NCBI GenBank assembly: GCA_028534125.1
Contig: CM052816.1
Location: 83,640,001-83,704,000 of the forward strand
Direction of reading: 5' to 3'
Source: Lama glama
Taxonomy: Eukaryota
Length of the DNA: 64,000 nucleotides
This document shows positions 41,631 through 53,848 of the stretch, piece after piece. Both the position numbers and the translations under genes were made by a program. How positions within the stretch are numbered: position 1 is the first letter of the stretch; every line of letters starts with the position of its first letter. A model generated the notes under the pieces. It was not told where the DNA came from. It did no database searches and saw nothing but the letters and a program-made list of their open reading frames with translations.

Positions 41631-42929
41631 ATTTCTCTTGACTTTGTTTTTGTTGGAGGTAACCAAATCTCATTGCCGTCAAACTGCGTCATTTCATTCT
41701 TTTTTTAAAGATTTGTACCACTTTCCAAAATTGTCTTTTTTATTTATTTTCATTTTTATTGTGTTTTTACCTATTAAAACACCATTCACACAGTGCTTAT
41801 TCATGCTATATCATTCCTACCCTAAAACTTCATGACCAGAACTTGGTCTATAGATACAAATTGATAAAAATGAAGGGATGGATAAATGATACATTAACAG
41901 AATGAGACAAGATAATTCGGTATGTGCCAATCTCAAAGGACCTACTGTTGATAAATGGCTTTGAACTTGAAGGGTATTAGGATTTACTGAAGAATTTGAG
42001 GAGAAGTGACACGATCCATTTGTGTTTTTAGAAAGAGTACTCCGACAACTGAGGAAAATCTATCCCAAAGGAAGAGGGCAGGCTAGGAGCAATACAGAAT
42101 GCATAAAATCCTAAACTATGTGTGAGATGCAGGAAAAAAAAAAAGATAAATATTGAGGGAGTAAAATATATTACACCTAATAAAAATGGATATTGAAGAT
42201 AATGGACAAGGTAGAGAGAATGATATTAAGTATATTAAAGATTTCTCTGCTTACTATATTACTTTGAAAGCAGTTGAGATTTTGTGTTTCACTGTCATTT
42301 ATATTTCCATGGAAATGGTTAAGTAGTTACTCAGTATAATGGCATCTCTCCCATTTAACAGCTCTGAGAGTGTGAATGCATATGAAGAGCTTAAAATACT
42401 TCTTAAAAGTTAAGAAATTGTGCACACTCTAACCATTTATATTTCCACCTTCAAATTTTTTTCTGAAAATATTTCTGATGGGCTGGAAAGATGCTCTCCA
42501 AAATATACAACTGTATCTAAACTACTTAAAATTCAAGTAATACCCATTTAATACTGGAGATTAATAATTACTTTAAAAGTAGTATTTTAAATAAACTCTT
42601 TCTCTAACTTAATTATAAAATCTTGTCTTATAAACTACTATATAATGGGAACAGTCATCTGGGATTTAAGTATATTCAAGTTATACTTCAATAACTCATT
42701 TAATTATCTGAAAATGCTTTCAGGCTAAGAAATTTATAATGGTTTGTTATGCAATGACTTCACTTACAAAGGAGAAATTTTTAAAATATTCTATATGGAT
42801 ACAATTCAGGGTTCACGAGAGGCCTAGGTCTCTTTTTATTTTTGAACCTCCTAGTCTTGGGCAAACAGAAACCCTGGTACATGTGTCCCTAGCTTTGAAG
42901 TGCCTTTCTCAAAAGTGTTCAAAATCCAT

Positions 42930-43350
42930 CTTGACTATGGAACCAACCAAACCTAGCAGGGACGTATCGGTGGGTCACCTGGACCTCACACCTGGATCCA
43001 TTTGGCCCTAAATTCACCTTTCTCCATATTGGAGCTCTCACAAACACCATTGTCGGTGGCAGGTTTCATTTCTCTGCCATTCCAGGAATTATTCAAACCA
43101 GCCATCACATGCTCCTGCAGGACCAGGGGTCACCCCCTCGACCCAGTGGCTCCTGCTTCCTCACTGTGATCCTAAGTGCAGCTCCTTGTGGCTTTGTGTG
43201 GCATGCTTTGCCATCCTCCCTGGGTGATGAGTGTATCTGATTAATGAACTGCTGTTGATCTCATCTGTCCAGTGTCAGGTATATGTGTTGGGCCATTCCC
43301 TACCACTCCAGGTGGAAATCCCTCCCTCACTGTAGAACAGCGAGTAAGGA
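42930..43350 (+). mobile_element. MER74-like ERVL solo LTR (partial)
   Basis: ATTCAAACCAGCCATCACAT...CCAGGGGTCACC...GCTGTTGATCTCATCTGTCCAGTGTCAGGT...AATCCCTCCCTCAC matches the recalled MER74 consensus. Confidence 0.75.
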
Positions 43351-44484
43351 AGCTTCACTGTGGCTGCTTAGGAGTTGGTAACCCTCAATTCTTAAAGCTT
43401 ATTAGGTTTTCAACATGAAAGAGCTGTTTCTACTCATAGTTGCCATCATGTAAGTCAACTTGACTTGTCAAAAGTTTTATTGCAAATTACCAAAGAGAAG
43501 AGGTGCTTTAAAAAACCAATTCAAAGTTTTTTACTATTCATAGATGTCTTTTTTTACACACACACACACACAACACACACAACAACAAATGTGGTAGATT
43601 CAAGGAATAGCTGCTTAAAGATTGTAGGGATGGATGGTCTGTCAGCTGAGTAAGTGATTATTATTTTCTGGAATAAATTCTTAATCTTTTTAAAATTATA
43701 AACAAACACTTAAGCATTTTAATAGGAATGTTTTACTCTCCAGAGGAAGTTATAAATTACATCAAACAAACAAAAAGTTTAGTTTCAGCCAAAGTTTTCT
43801 CATGCACTCTAAATTTCATTCAATATAGGCACACATTTTAAAATCAGATATTGTTTATTCTGAATTTTCCACTCTTATCCTGCTTACTTATCTCCAATCT
43901 ATATACAAAGACCTCACATTCACAAATGGACCAGACACAAACTATAGGAAATTTTAATTCGAGTATTACCAGATAGCAACATTGATTCAGCACTAATTTT
44001 TCCTGCCACAAAGAATTTACATTATTGTCTTTTAGCTTTTATTTTAATCAAGAGGCTTATATTCTGACTACTCCACCTAAATATTCACAAAGGAAAGAAT
44101 GATGAGCATAAAATTTATGAAGAAATAAACTCAAAGTTTTACACTATTTCTAAAGCAAAATATTTACAAAACTGTCTGATTCCACTGAGAAAATTTGCAT
44201 ATATTTATTACTGTTTTGATATAAACAATTTTGAAATCTTGAGAATAGCTCTGCTTTCCAAATTGAATAAGATTAATAGGAAGTACTTACAAAATTTTAA
44301 AAGTTATGTATTACAGAATTCAAGAGTCTTATGTTTAAGATTTATTCAGTTAACATCTTTATAGTCATTAGTTAAGTGTTTCAGTTAAACGTATTACCTG
44401 AATCGTATGGCATATGAGATAAAATGCAAGAAAATGACTTAAGAAAAAAAATGTAAGTAGGAAAAGTACTAAAATTAGTATCTG

Positions 44485-44665
44485 AGATAGTATTTCACTA
44501 GAATGTTACTGGCATTTAGGGAGGGAACATTTTTCTTTGTGCTGCAGAGTCTCATGCTTTGCAGGTTGTCTAGCATTCCTGGTCCTTTGTCACCATATGA
44601 CAGTAGCAACTCCCAATCATTTGGGCTTCAAAAAATGGTCACCCAATTACAACTACACCTGGTTG
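44485..44665. mobile_element. MER20-like hAT-Charlie MITE remnant
   Basis: TTTGCAGGTTGTCTAGCATTCCTGGTCC...CCATATGACAGTAGCAACTCCC. Confidence 0.55.
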
Positions 44666-45329
44666 GTGTAACTCCTGGTAAAGACAGTTTGTTCGAACTT
44701 CTATATAATCCTCTCTGTGCCACACCATCTAGCAGAGTTCTTTTTAATATTGCTCAATGCCCAAGCTATTTATATGTGATTCCTTTGGTCCCACCTAAAA
44801 GTGATGATCCTTTCCAAAAGACTTGAATTTATCTCCCTTTTTTCCCCTCCTCCTGCTGCTCTGACCTATTCTCCAAAGACAACATTCAGCAACATACCAC
44901 ATTCACATGGACTTCAGGACAATTCTTAGCTATCTGGATTTAATTTAACACACTGCCCCAATGTATTTACAATGTTTCTTCACAAGCTTCCCTTTGCCCT
45001 CCTTGGTTTTAGTTATTTTAACAAAGTTCAGATAAAGCATTATTTGAAGAGGTAATGGTGGACTAAAAGGGCAAAAAAAGTTGGGGGCCCCAAGGAATCA
45101 GAGAGATAGTAACTGCAGGAAACAGCTTCCACCTATAGAGTTGGAAGGAACAAAGGGATTAAGTTAAGACTATTTGATTTTGAAAATTACATTAAAAACC
45201 TCAAAGACCAGAGACTCACAACTGGAAAACAAGGCACTGCCAAACTGGTGCTAAAGCCAGTGCCCAGTAGAGATGAGATGTTCCCTCAAAAGTTCAATTA
45301 AGTCACCAGATAGCTTCTGAAACATGTGC

Positions 45330-46260
45330 TGTTGGAGTAGTATGTTAGACATAATGTGGTATAGACATTAAATCAATGATCATATCTTGCTTTGATATTA
45401 ATAGATAGAAGACTTGCTTTCAGAAATCAAGGTGTGATTAAATAGTTGACTGGGATTATCATCACTCTCGGTGACCAGTTGAAGAATTTGCATTATTTGT
45501 ATTTCCCATCCTTTCTAGTATATGAGGGAGTAAGCATCCTGGTTTCTATGAGGTGGGAGAGGTAATCAATTCCATGAATTAGAGCTAGGAAGACCATCAT
45601 CAGTTCAGTGTGGGCCCTTAATGCTGACAGATCAGCGAGCAAGGGAAGGCCTTACTCGACTGGTGGGTGAACCGCCTGGAGAATAATGGGTGCTAGAGAT
45701 GCTGCTACGTAACAGGGGCACGGATGAGTCATTCGGAACTCAGAGACTACACTGGAGACAACAATCAACTACAACTGCAGGCGCCGTGGCCTGATGAGTG
45801 CTGGGTAAGCAGGTGGTCAGAACCCTCAGGGGTCCACGTCTGCACCACTCTCCTGAACAAGAACCCAGCCAGCTGCAGTGTAACCCAGGGCAAGGGTTGC
45901 TACAGAAAGGGATGAACATTGCCTACCGCCTTGGGAGCTGCAGCAGAGACTACAGCTTCTTCCACTTAACACTCGATGTCGTATAATTTTTAGATACTAT
46001 GCTTAGCTGTTACTTTAAAGCATCAATAAAAGAAGGGACTCAGCATAGGGCAAAGGCAGATTTGAATGTTGCAATGGATGGACTGGAGAAGTGAATGTGA
46101 ATGCACTGCCCCATATCTTCTTGGTTACTTTTGACTCTAGTTGAAGCTGCAAAAGACATTTTCCAGGCACACAGATAGCACCCCACCTGAAGCCCTTGTG
46201 TCACTCTGCTTATCTGATGAAGGGCTTTCTAAGGTGCCACAGAAGCTAGTTAGAGCTTCT
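45330..46260 (+). mobile_element. ERVL internal 3' end (dUTPase-region remnant) with adjoining LTR fragment
   Basis: TGGGCCCTTAATGCTGACAGATCAGCGAGCAAGGGAAGGCCTTACTCGACTGGTGGGTGA...GCTGCTACGTAACAGGGG resembles the ERVL pol 3' end; LTR16/33-like sequence from ~46100. Confidence 0.55.
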
Positions 46261-46726
46261 AGGGGCTGGGATTGGGACTGGGGTAACAATAGCTGGTGTT
46301 GGAGCCTCTGGAGAGGTTTATGCGGATGTGTATAAGAGTGTGGAATCAGTTCTAACTGGAATTCACTAAGGGATTCATTGCTGAATTGGTGCCGACACAG
46401 TCTAGCAGAAGAACAGAAAAAAGCACGTGGTTTATTCATCTTCCAGAATGTCAGTCTCCCCGTGGTGTTCCTATTCGAAGAGCTAAACTGTAGCCCGTTG
46501 ACAAAGGGAAGATGTGTCAGCAGCGTCCCCATCCTACTAAGCACATAATGAATAGAGAAGGGCGACAATGTCTTAAATTAGCATATTCTTTGAATCTTCT
46601 CCTGATTTGTTTCTTAGGACTATGATTTTTTTTTTTCACACTGAAATAGTTTCTTAACCTATGATAAATTTTTAGCTGATGAGAATGCCTTTGAGGAAAT
46701 GTATGTTTTCCTGGGAGATAAAATAC

Positions 46727-46992
46727 TGTTTCAGTCTGCTAAGGCTTCTAACAACCAAATAACACAGGCTGGGAGCTTTAGTCATATTCTGATTGTAACT
46801 TTACATGACAGAAATAGGAAGTGCTAATGTCTCTTCCTCTTCCTATAAGACCACTAATTCCACCACGGGGGCTCCACACTCATAACATCACCGAAACCTC
46901 ATTATTCCCAAGGTCCCACCTCTAAATACCATCATTTGGGGGTTAAAGTTTCAACATATGAATTTTGGAGGAACATAAATATTCAGCTTATA
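46727..46992 (-). mobile_element. MLT1A-like MaLR LTR, internally deleted
   Basis: CCCACCTCTAAATACCATCATTTGGGGGTTAAAGTTTCAACATATGAATTTTGGAGGAACATAAATATTCAG is the reverse complement of an MLT1 5' end. Confidence 0.8.
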
Positions 46993-49422
46993 AAAAATAC
47001 CATAAAGCAGAGACAATACTTGGGATTTTTTAAATTGTAGAGAGGTGACAGGACAGATATCATGCCATGCGGACTTTTCCACTCTCGCTGAAAATGGACT
47101 TTCCTTGTTCTATTTTGCCAGAAATAACACTGACACCCAGTAAGACTTTTCAATTCAAATTCTTGGAGACTTGCTCTAAGTCTGTTTTGTTTGTGTATTT
47201 GTATAACAGTAAGTGTTTTCTAATCAATTCATTTCACTTCAGAAGAAAGTCTCTCCAGGCTCCGTCTTAAATCAATACATAAAATCCCTGAAACAGTGTT
47301 AATACAGTGTTGCTAGCAGTTTACATTACAACTCACTGAAGTAGTTGGCGGCAGGGGACATCTTGTGGTCAAAGTAGCAAGTGAATTTCTTTGAACAAAA
47401 TTCAGAAATATAAGACGGTCAATTTATATGTAGAAGAAAATGGATGAAAGATAAATGTAAGACACAAAGGACATAAAACTAAAAACAGAAACAATATAAC
47501 CATTATCTGTAAGCACCTCCATCAGAATTGACTTACACAATCAAGAAGTGACAAGGCAAAAACAATTGCAAAGTATGATAGAAACAAGCCTTTTCATTTA
47601 AATACCCCATCTGTTGGTCAATGTAAAATGACTCAAGTATACCAGTGTCTATTACTTAAGTTCTCATTTCCAGTCAATCACTGAACCTGGTCACTTCTCA
47701 TGTTTCCTTCTAAGATTGTATTTTAAGAAAAAAAAATAATAAGAAAAGTTTAAAAAAAAAGAGAGAGAATGATTATGATTCTTGATTTACAACATAGGTT
47801 AAGCAATTTTTGGTTATGTTTGCTTCTATTCATTTTTATCTACCTCTCTGTCTATATCCTTTGCTTATTTATGTAATTATATTGCTGAAGTATTTCACAT
47901 TTTGTGCACATTGTACATATAAAACTTCACTCTAATTATGTGTCTCTTAACATATTTTCTATCTAAAAATAATGCCATTATTACATGTAAAAGATTTTAA
48001 AATGGTATCATTTAAAGCCCATTCCATATTTACACATTCGCAACATTCTCCAAATTTTTATAGTTGTTTTATTTATAAACCTAAATTCTATCAAAAACAA
48101 AGTATTATAACTGTTTTATTTCCTTAGCCTATATTTTTTTCTTTTTTATGGCTTTTAAAAATCTTCACAACATTTTGCTGTGAAAATTTTCGAGCATATA
48201 GAAATATTAAAAGTATTTTCCAGTAACTACTCTTGTACTTACCACTGATAATTTTATCATTAATATTTTACTTTATCACATATCTAATCATCAGTTCATC
48301 CCTAGGTCTATCCTTCATTCTACCACAATTTGCTTTAGCCAGCTATTTTGCCATTAGCAATGACTCAAAAATCTATAAAATGTACTGACAGAAATGATGG
48401 TTAGCCAGAGTACCCAGTGCTAAGGCGACTGCCTGAAGTTTAATCGTGATGACCCTTGGGTCTCATTTTATATTAGGATTTCCTGGTTAATGCATTGAAA
48501 ACAGCAATTTCCCATTGAGCTTCATCATGTGCATTGATAGTGATACCATCTGTAAATTGTAAGAACCTCATTCTCTATTTACTCAGTTAATTGTAGGAAG
48601 ATACTTAGGTAGCCAAGAGGTCTGAGAAACGAGTAACCTCCCCCAGCAACACAACAGAGTGACAATAGCCTTCTCCCACTAGGACAGTCAATTCCTTCAT
48701 TTTTGTGATGAATATAATAAGGTGCATTTATGTATTTTGGATTTATAATAGAAAAAAAAATCACTCCCTAGTAATACTTTACTGAAGGAATTAATTTTAT
48801 GAAAACAAAATGCAAAACTTGTATATCCATACATGATGTATGTAAAAAAAATTCTTATACTAAACATATTTAGGAGAGTTTAATATTCACATATAGATAT
48901 AAAACTCACTAGCTGATTTTAATCAGCAATAATGACCACTTTACCTTGCAATACATCTATTCTAGCTCTGAAGTACTCAATATTAAATTAAATTATTCAT
49001 TCACGTCCCCTAAGCATACAATGACATATTGCCTAACTTAATATCAGCCTTTTTATTAGTTCAGTAAAATAGTTCATTATCTTAATATGTTCAATTAAGA
49101 AACAGTTGCATTCACAAAAGTACATTAAGTTTTACTGTGAATTCAAACCCCACTTGATATTCCAACCACAAAGCATAAAAGTAAAATCTACAGACATATA
49201 GTCCATATTTAGTATCTATTAATTGATTCTTTAGTATTCAAACCTGCTGATGAAATACATCAGAAAATAATGAAACCTGAACTGAATCAGTCAAATTACC
49301 TTTGAATTTTCGGGGCTCAGGTCATTTTCATCCTTAAGAAGAGATCAGCTTTAGCTTTTTACATTTAATTCTCATTGTATTTCAAAGTTAGTATCTGCAT
49401 TTGTTACCTTAAATTATATGGA

Positions 49423-49572
49423 ACTATGCTGTCCAATTGGTAATCATCAGCCACATGTGGTCATTTAAATCTCAATTTTAATTAATTAAAATTTTTAACT
49501 CTCAATGCTTCAGTCACACTAGCCACATTTTAAAGGCTCACAAGTGGCTAGTAACTACTACACTGGGAAGAG
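49423..49572. mobile_element. MER3/MER33-like hAT-Charlie MITE
   Basis: GCTGTCCAAT...AGCCACATGTGG...TCAGTCACACTAGCCACATTT...GTGGCTAGTAACTAC. Confidence 0.75.
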
Positions 49573-50746
49573 TAGAAAAAGAATGGAAATTAGAACACCA
49601 TATAAGAATGGTAATAAGGTATTAAGATATAAGATGGGGGCAAAGTACAAGGAAAACACAGTGTTTAGTGTAGAATAGGAAAACAATTGCTGAATATTAA
49701 CATACTTAGTTTATACATAAAATATTTCTTCAATTATGTGTATACTGAAATTGTTAAAAATATATCACATACTGTTTGCAGTTTATTCATACATCTGCCA
49801 TATTTTTAGATAGTATTTTGAGTATTTCACTGATTAACTTCCATTCATTAAAAAATTCAGAAAATATAGAAATCTACAAGGAAATAATCTCTGAAGTCTC
49901 AGTAATGAAATTTTTCAATATTAACTTACTATATTTTTCCTAGAACTTTGATTTTTATAGACATAATTTTTAAATAACTACTAATTTGTCTCTTACTGAA
50001 TGCAAAGTTTCAAATATTTTGTTTATGCAATTATATATAAATCCCAAGTTACCACATATTTTCTTTAAAAAAGATTACTCTTATCTATCTTACAAAGTTG
50101 CAGTCACACTGCATAAATAAAAGATCTATACATATTTTTTGCTTATAATTCTCATATAATTTTCTATGAAAATTAGATTTTTATAATTCCTCAATTAAGA
50201 TATTATCAATTCTTCGATTATAAAATAATAGAACATTAGAAAACAGTAACATTTACACTAAGAAAAATCACTGATGGTTTGAATTTATCTGTTAACGTAT
50301 CCTTAGAGGAATGCTTATTCAAAGGAATGAACTTCTCTCTTTAAATCTGTTCTGCTTATGAGATTAGTTCCCCATCTTAGTATGTGATTTGCTATTCCTC
50401 TTTAAGAATGTGCTAAAAGTTAAGAACAGCAATTTTAACATTTATGTCCCAAAAGCAAGAGGGATTACTACTTTTATATGAAAGGATGAAATGCTACAAC
50501 AGGATTAGTATACCCATTAGTGAGAGACAAATTCCAGAAGTGGCTGGACAGGACTTTGAACATTCTTTCATCTTTCACTGATTAACTATTTTGGGGAGAT
50601 CTCACATGTGAATTGTGGAGAAAAATACAAAATTAAGGACCAATATCATGTTTGTGAGGTAATCTAGAGATATGTGATATACATTTCTAGTATTCAAACC
50701 AGTATCATAATGCAGTTTTATTATATTTTCTACAAAACTAAAAACA

Positions 50747-53700
50747 TGTCAGTTTGATGTTCTCCAGAAACAGTCCTGAAACAAAGATGATATTATAGGT
50801 AGATTTTGGGAGAGTGATACAGATAGCACAAGTGAGGAAGCAGAAAAGAGTGACAGAGAAAAAGAATAGCAAACAAAGATGATTTTATGAGTAAGTTATG
50901 AGATGGGCAATTAAAGCTCTGTCTTCTTGGAAATAACAGAGAAACCATGTAGAATGCCCTCAACTGTTCCAAGGAAAGAAGAGGACATAGGTATATTTAG
51001 CCTCCAGCTTTTGCTCTTCATGAACCGAGTGTTGATTATGACAGCCTTAAATCTCAGGGATTTCAGCACTATCCAACTGGTGAACCCAAATAACTCTCAT
51101 GGTGGTATAGGAAGTCTTCAGTCAAAGAAGCAAAGAGACACATGCGCCTGAGTTGGAAAGCTGTTAGTGTTGATGGAAAGTGTCTTCAGCAGGTTTAACT
51201 GGACTCAGAGGTGGCTAAGACCATAGAAAACAGTGCATCCACACTGACTTTTATAGTTCACCTGTTGTAGCATTCAAATCTGGCCATGACCTGCACTGAT
51301 TTCTTTCTGTTATGGAGACTTAGAAGTAATTGCTAACCAGAGTCTTGAAAAATGATTTGACGCTGGAGGGTAAGTCCACAGGCTAGAATCCCTGTGCTGC
51401 AACTACACCAAAGACTGTAGTTAATATTTATTTCCTCTCTTAATCAGTTGTAACACTCATCTTTGCCTAGCATTTCAGCTGGTTGATTTTTTGTCACTAT
51501 GTTTGGAACCTCCCAGACGTACTCCAGTGGATTCTCTGGGTTCTGGATGTAGTCTTCCTTTCTCTATTACATAATAACATCTGTAGAATCTCATTACCCA
51601 GGCAATTCACCTACCACTAAAATTACTAACATAATGTCTTGGGTTTTTTTTAATTAATTACTTATTTAATTAAAATTTTTGCTTATTGCTATACTAACAT
51701 TTGGAGACCAAAGTGACCTGGAAGTATCCATAAACTGAGTTCTCTAGAAGGGATTTTCTCCCCTTAGCCAAGCTCTACACCGGTACTCATATATAACGTC
51801 ACAACTACCACACTACTTCATCCACAGAATTCCTATTCTGATGGTTTAGATGAACTTTTATGAGAACAAACCAATGCTCTATTGGCTTGCAGGTGGTGCA
51901 GTTTGTAGTAGAACCAAAGGTCCTATAGGCCACTTTAATTATTGGTGTATCTTCCTTCTCCTAAAATAAATCCTTTGTATGTGGAAGAGTTATATGCAGA
52001 GAACTACAAAACTTTGACTAAGGAAATTAAAGATGACTTAAAGAAATGGAAAGATACCCCATGTTCTTAGATTGGAAGAATCAATATTGTTAAAATGGCC
52101 ATACTGCCCAAAGCAATCTACAGATTTAATGCAATCCCTATCAAATTACCCAGGACATATTTCACAGAACTAGAACAAATAATCCAAAAATTTATATGGA
52201 ATCACAAAAGACCCAGAATTGCCAAAACATTACTGAAGAAAAAGAATGAAGCTAGAGGAATAACCCTCCCAGACTTCAGACAATACTACAGAGCTACAGT
52301 ATACAAAACGGCACATGGATTGGTACAAAAATAGACATATGGATCATGGAACAGAATAGAGAGCCCAGAAAAAAACCCACAAACTTTTGGTCAATTAATC
52401 TTTGACAAAGGAGGCAAGAACATACAATGGAGTAAAGACAGTCTCTTCAGCAAATGGTGTTGGGAAAACTGGACAGCTGCATGTAAATCAATGAGTTGGA
52501 CACTCCCTCACACCATACATAAAAATAAACTCAAAATGGCTTAAAGATTTAAACATAAGACAAGACACTATATACCTCTTAGAAGAAAACATAAACAAAA
52601 CATTATCTGACATAAATATAAGCAATCTTCTCCTAGGGCAATTGACCAAGCAATAGAAATAAAAGCAAAAATAAACAAATGGGACCTAATTAAACTTAAA
52701 AGCTTGTGAACATAAGGAAACCATAAGCAAAATAAAATGACAACCTATGGAAAGGAAGAAAGTATTTGCAAAATTGAGACTGACAGTGGTTTAATTTCCA
52801 GAATATGTAAACAGCTCATACAGCTTAATAAGAAAAAAACAAACAGCCAAATCCAAAAATGGGCAGAAGAGCTAAACAAGCAATTCTCCAATGAAGACAT
52901 ACAAATAGCCAATAGGCACATGAAAAAATGCTCAATATCGCTAATTATCAGAGAAATGCAAATCAAAACTACAATGAGGTATCACCTCACACCAGTCAGA
53001 ATGGCCATCATTCAAAAGTTAATGAACAATAAATGCCAGAGAGTGTGGAGAAAAGGGAATCCTTCAACAGTATTGATAGGAATGTAGTTCGGTGCAGCCT
53101 TTATGGAAAACAGTATGAAGATTCCTCAAAAAAACTAAAAATAGACTTATCATGTGATCCAGCCATCCCACTCCTGGGCATATATTCAGAGGGAACCTTA
53201 ATTCAAAAAGACACATGCAACCCAATGTTCATAGCAGCACTGTTTACAATAGCCAAGATATGGGAACAACCTAAATGTCCATTGACAGGATAAAGAAACT
53301 GTGGTATATTTATACAATGAAATACTACTCAGTCTTAACAAATAATAAAATAATGTCATTTGCAAATAATAAAATAATGGATGGACCTGGAGAATGTCAT
53401 TCTAAGTGAAGTAAGCCAGAAGGAGAAAGAAAAATATCATATAATATCACTTATATGTGGAACCTAAAAAAAAAAAAAGACAAATGAACTTATTTACAAA
53501 CGGAAACAGACTCAGACATAGAACTAACAAACTTATGGTTACCAATGGGGGAAGGGAGTGGGAAGGGATAAATTGGGAGTTTGGGATTTGCAGATACTAA
53601 GTAATATATATAAAATAGATAAACAAGAAGTTTATACTGTATAGCACAGGGAATGATATTCAATATCTTATAATAACTTACAGTAAAAAAGAATATGAAA

Positions 53701-53817
53701 ATGAATATACATAAGTTCTTATGTGACTGAAGCATTGTGCTGTACACACAATTGACAAAACATTGTAAACTGACTGTACTTCAATAAAAATATAAAATAA
53801 AATAGAATAATTCATAA

Positions 53818-53848
<31 letters not shown>

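Noticed and set aside
46137..46568. 143-aa minus-strand ORF
   Set aside because: It overlaps LTR-derived sequence and has no recognisable domain; likely a chance ORF.
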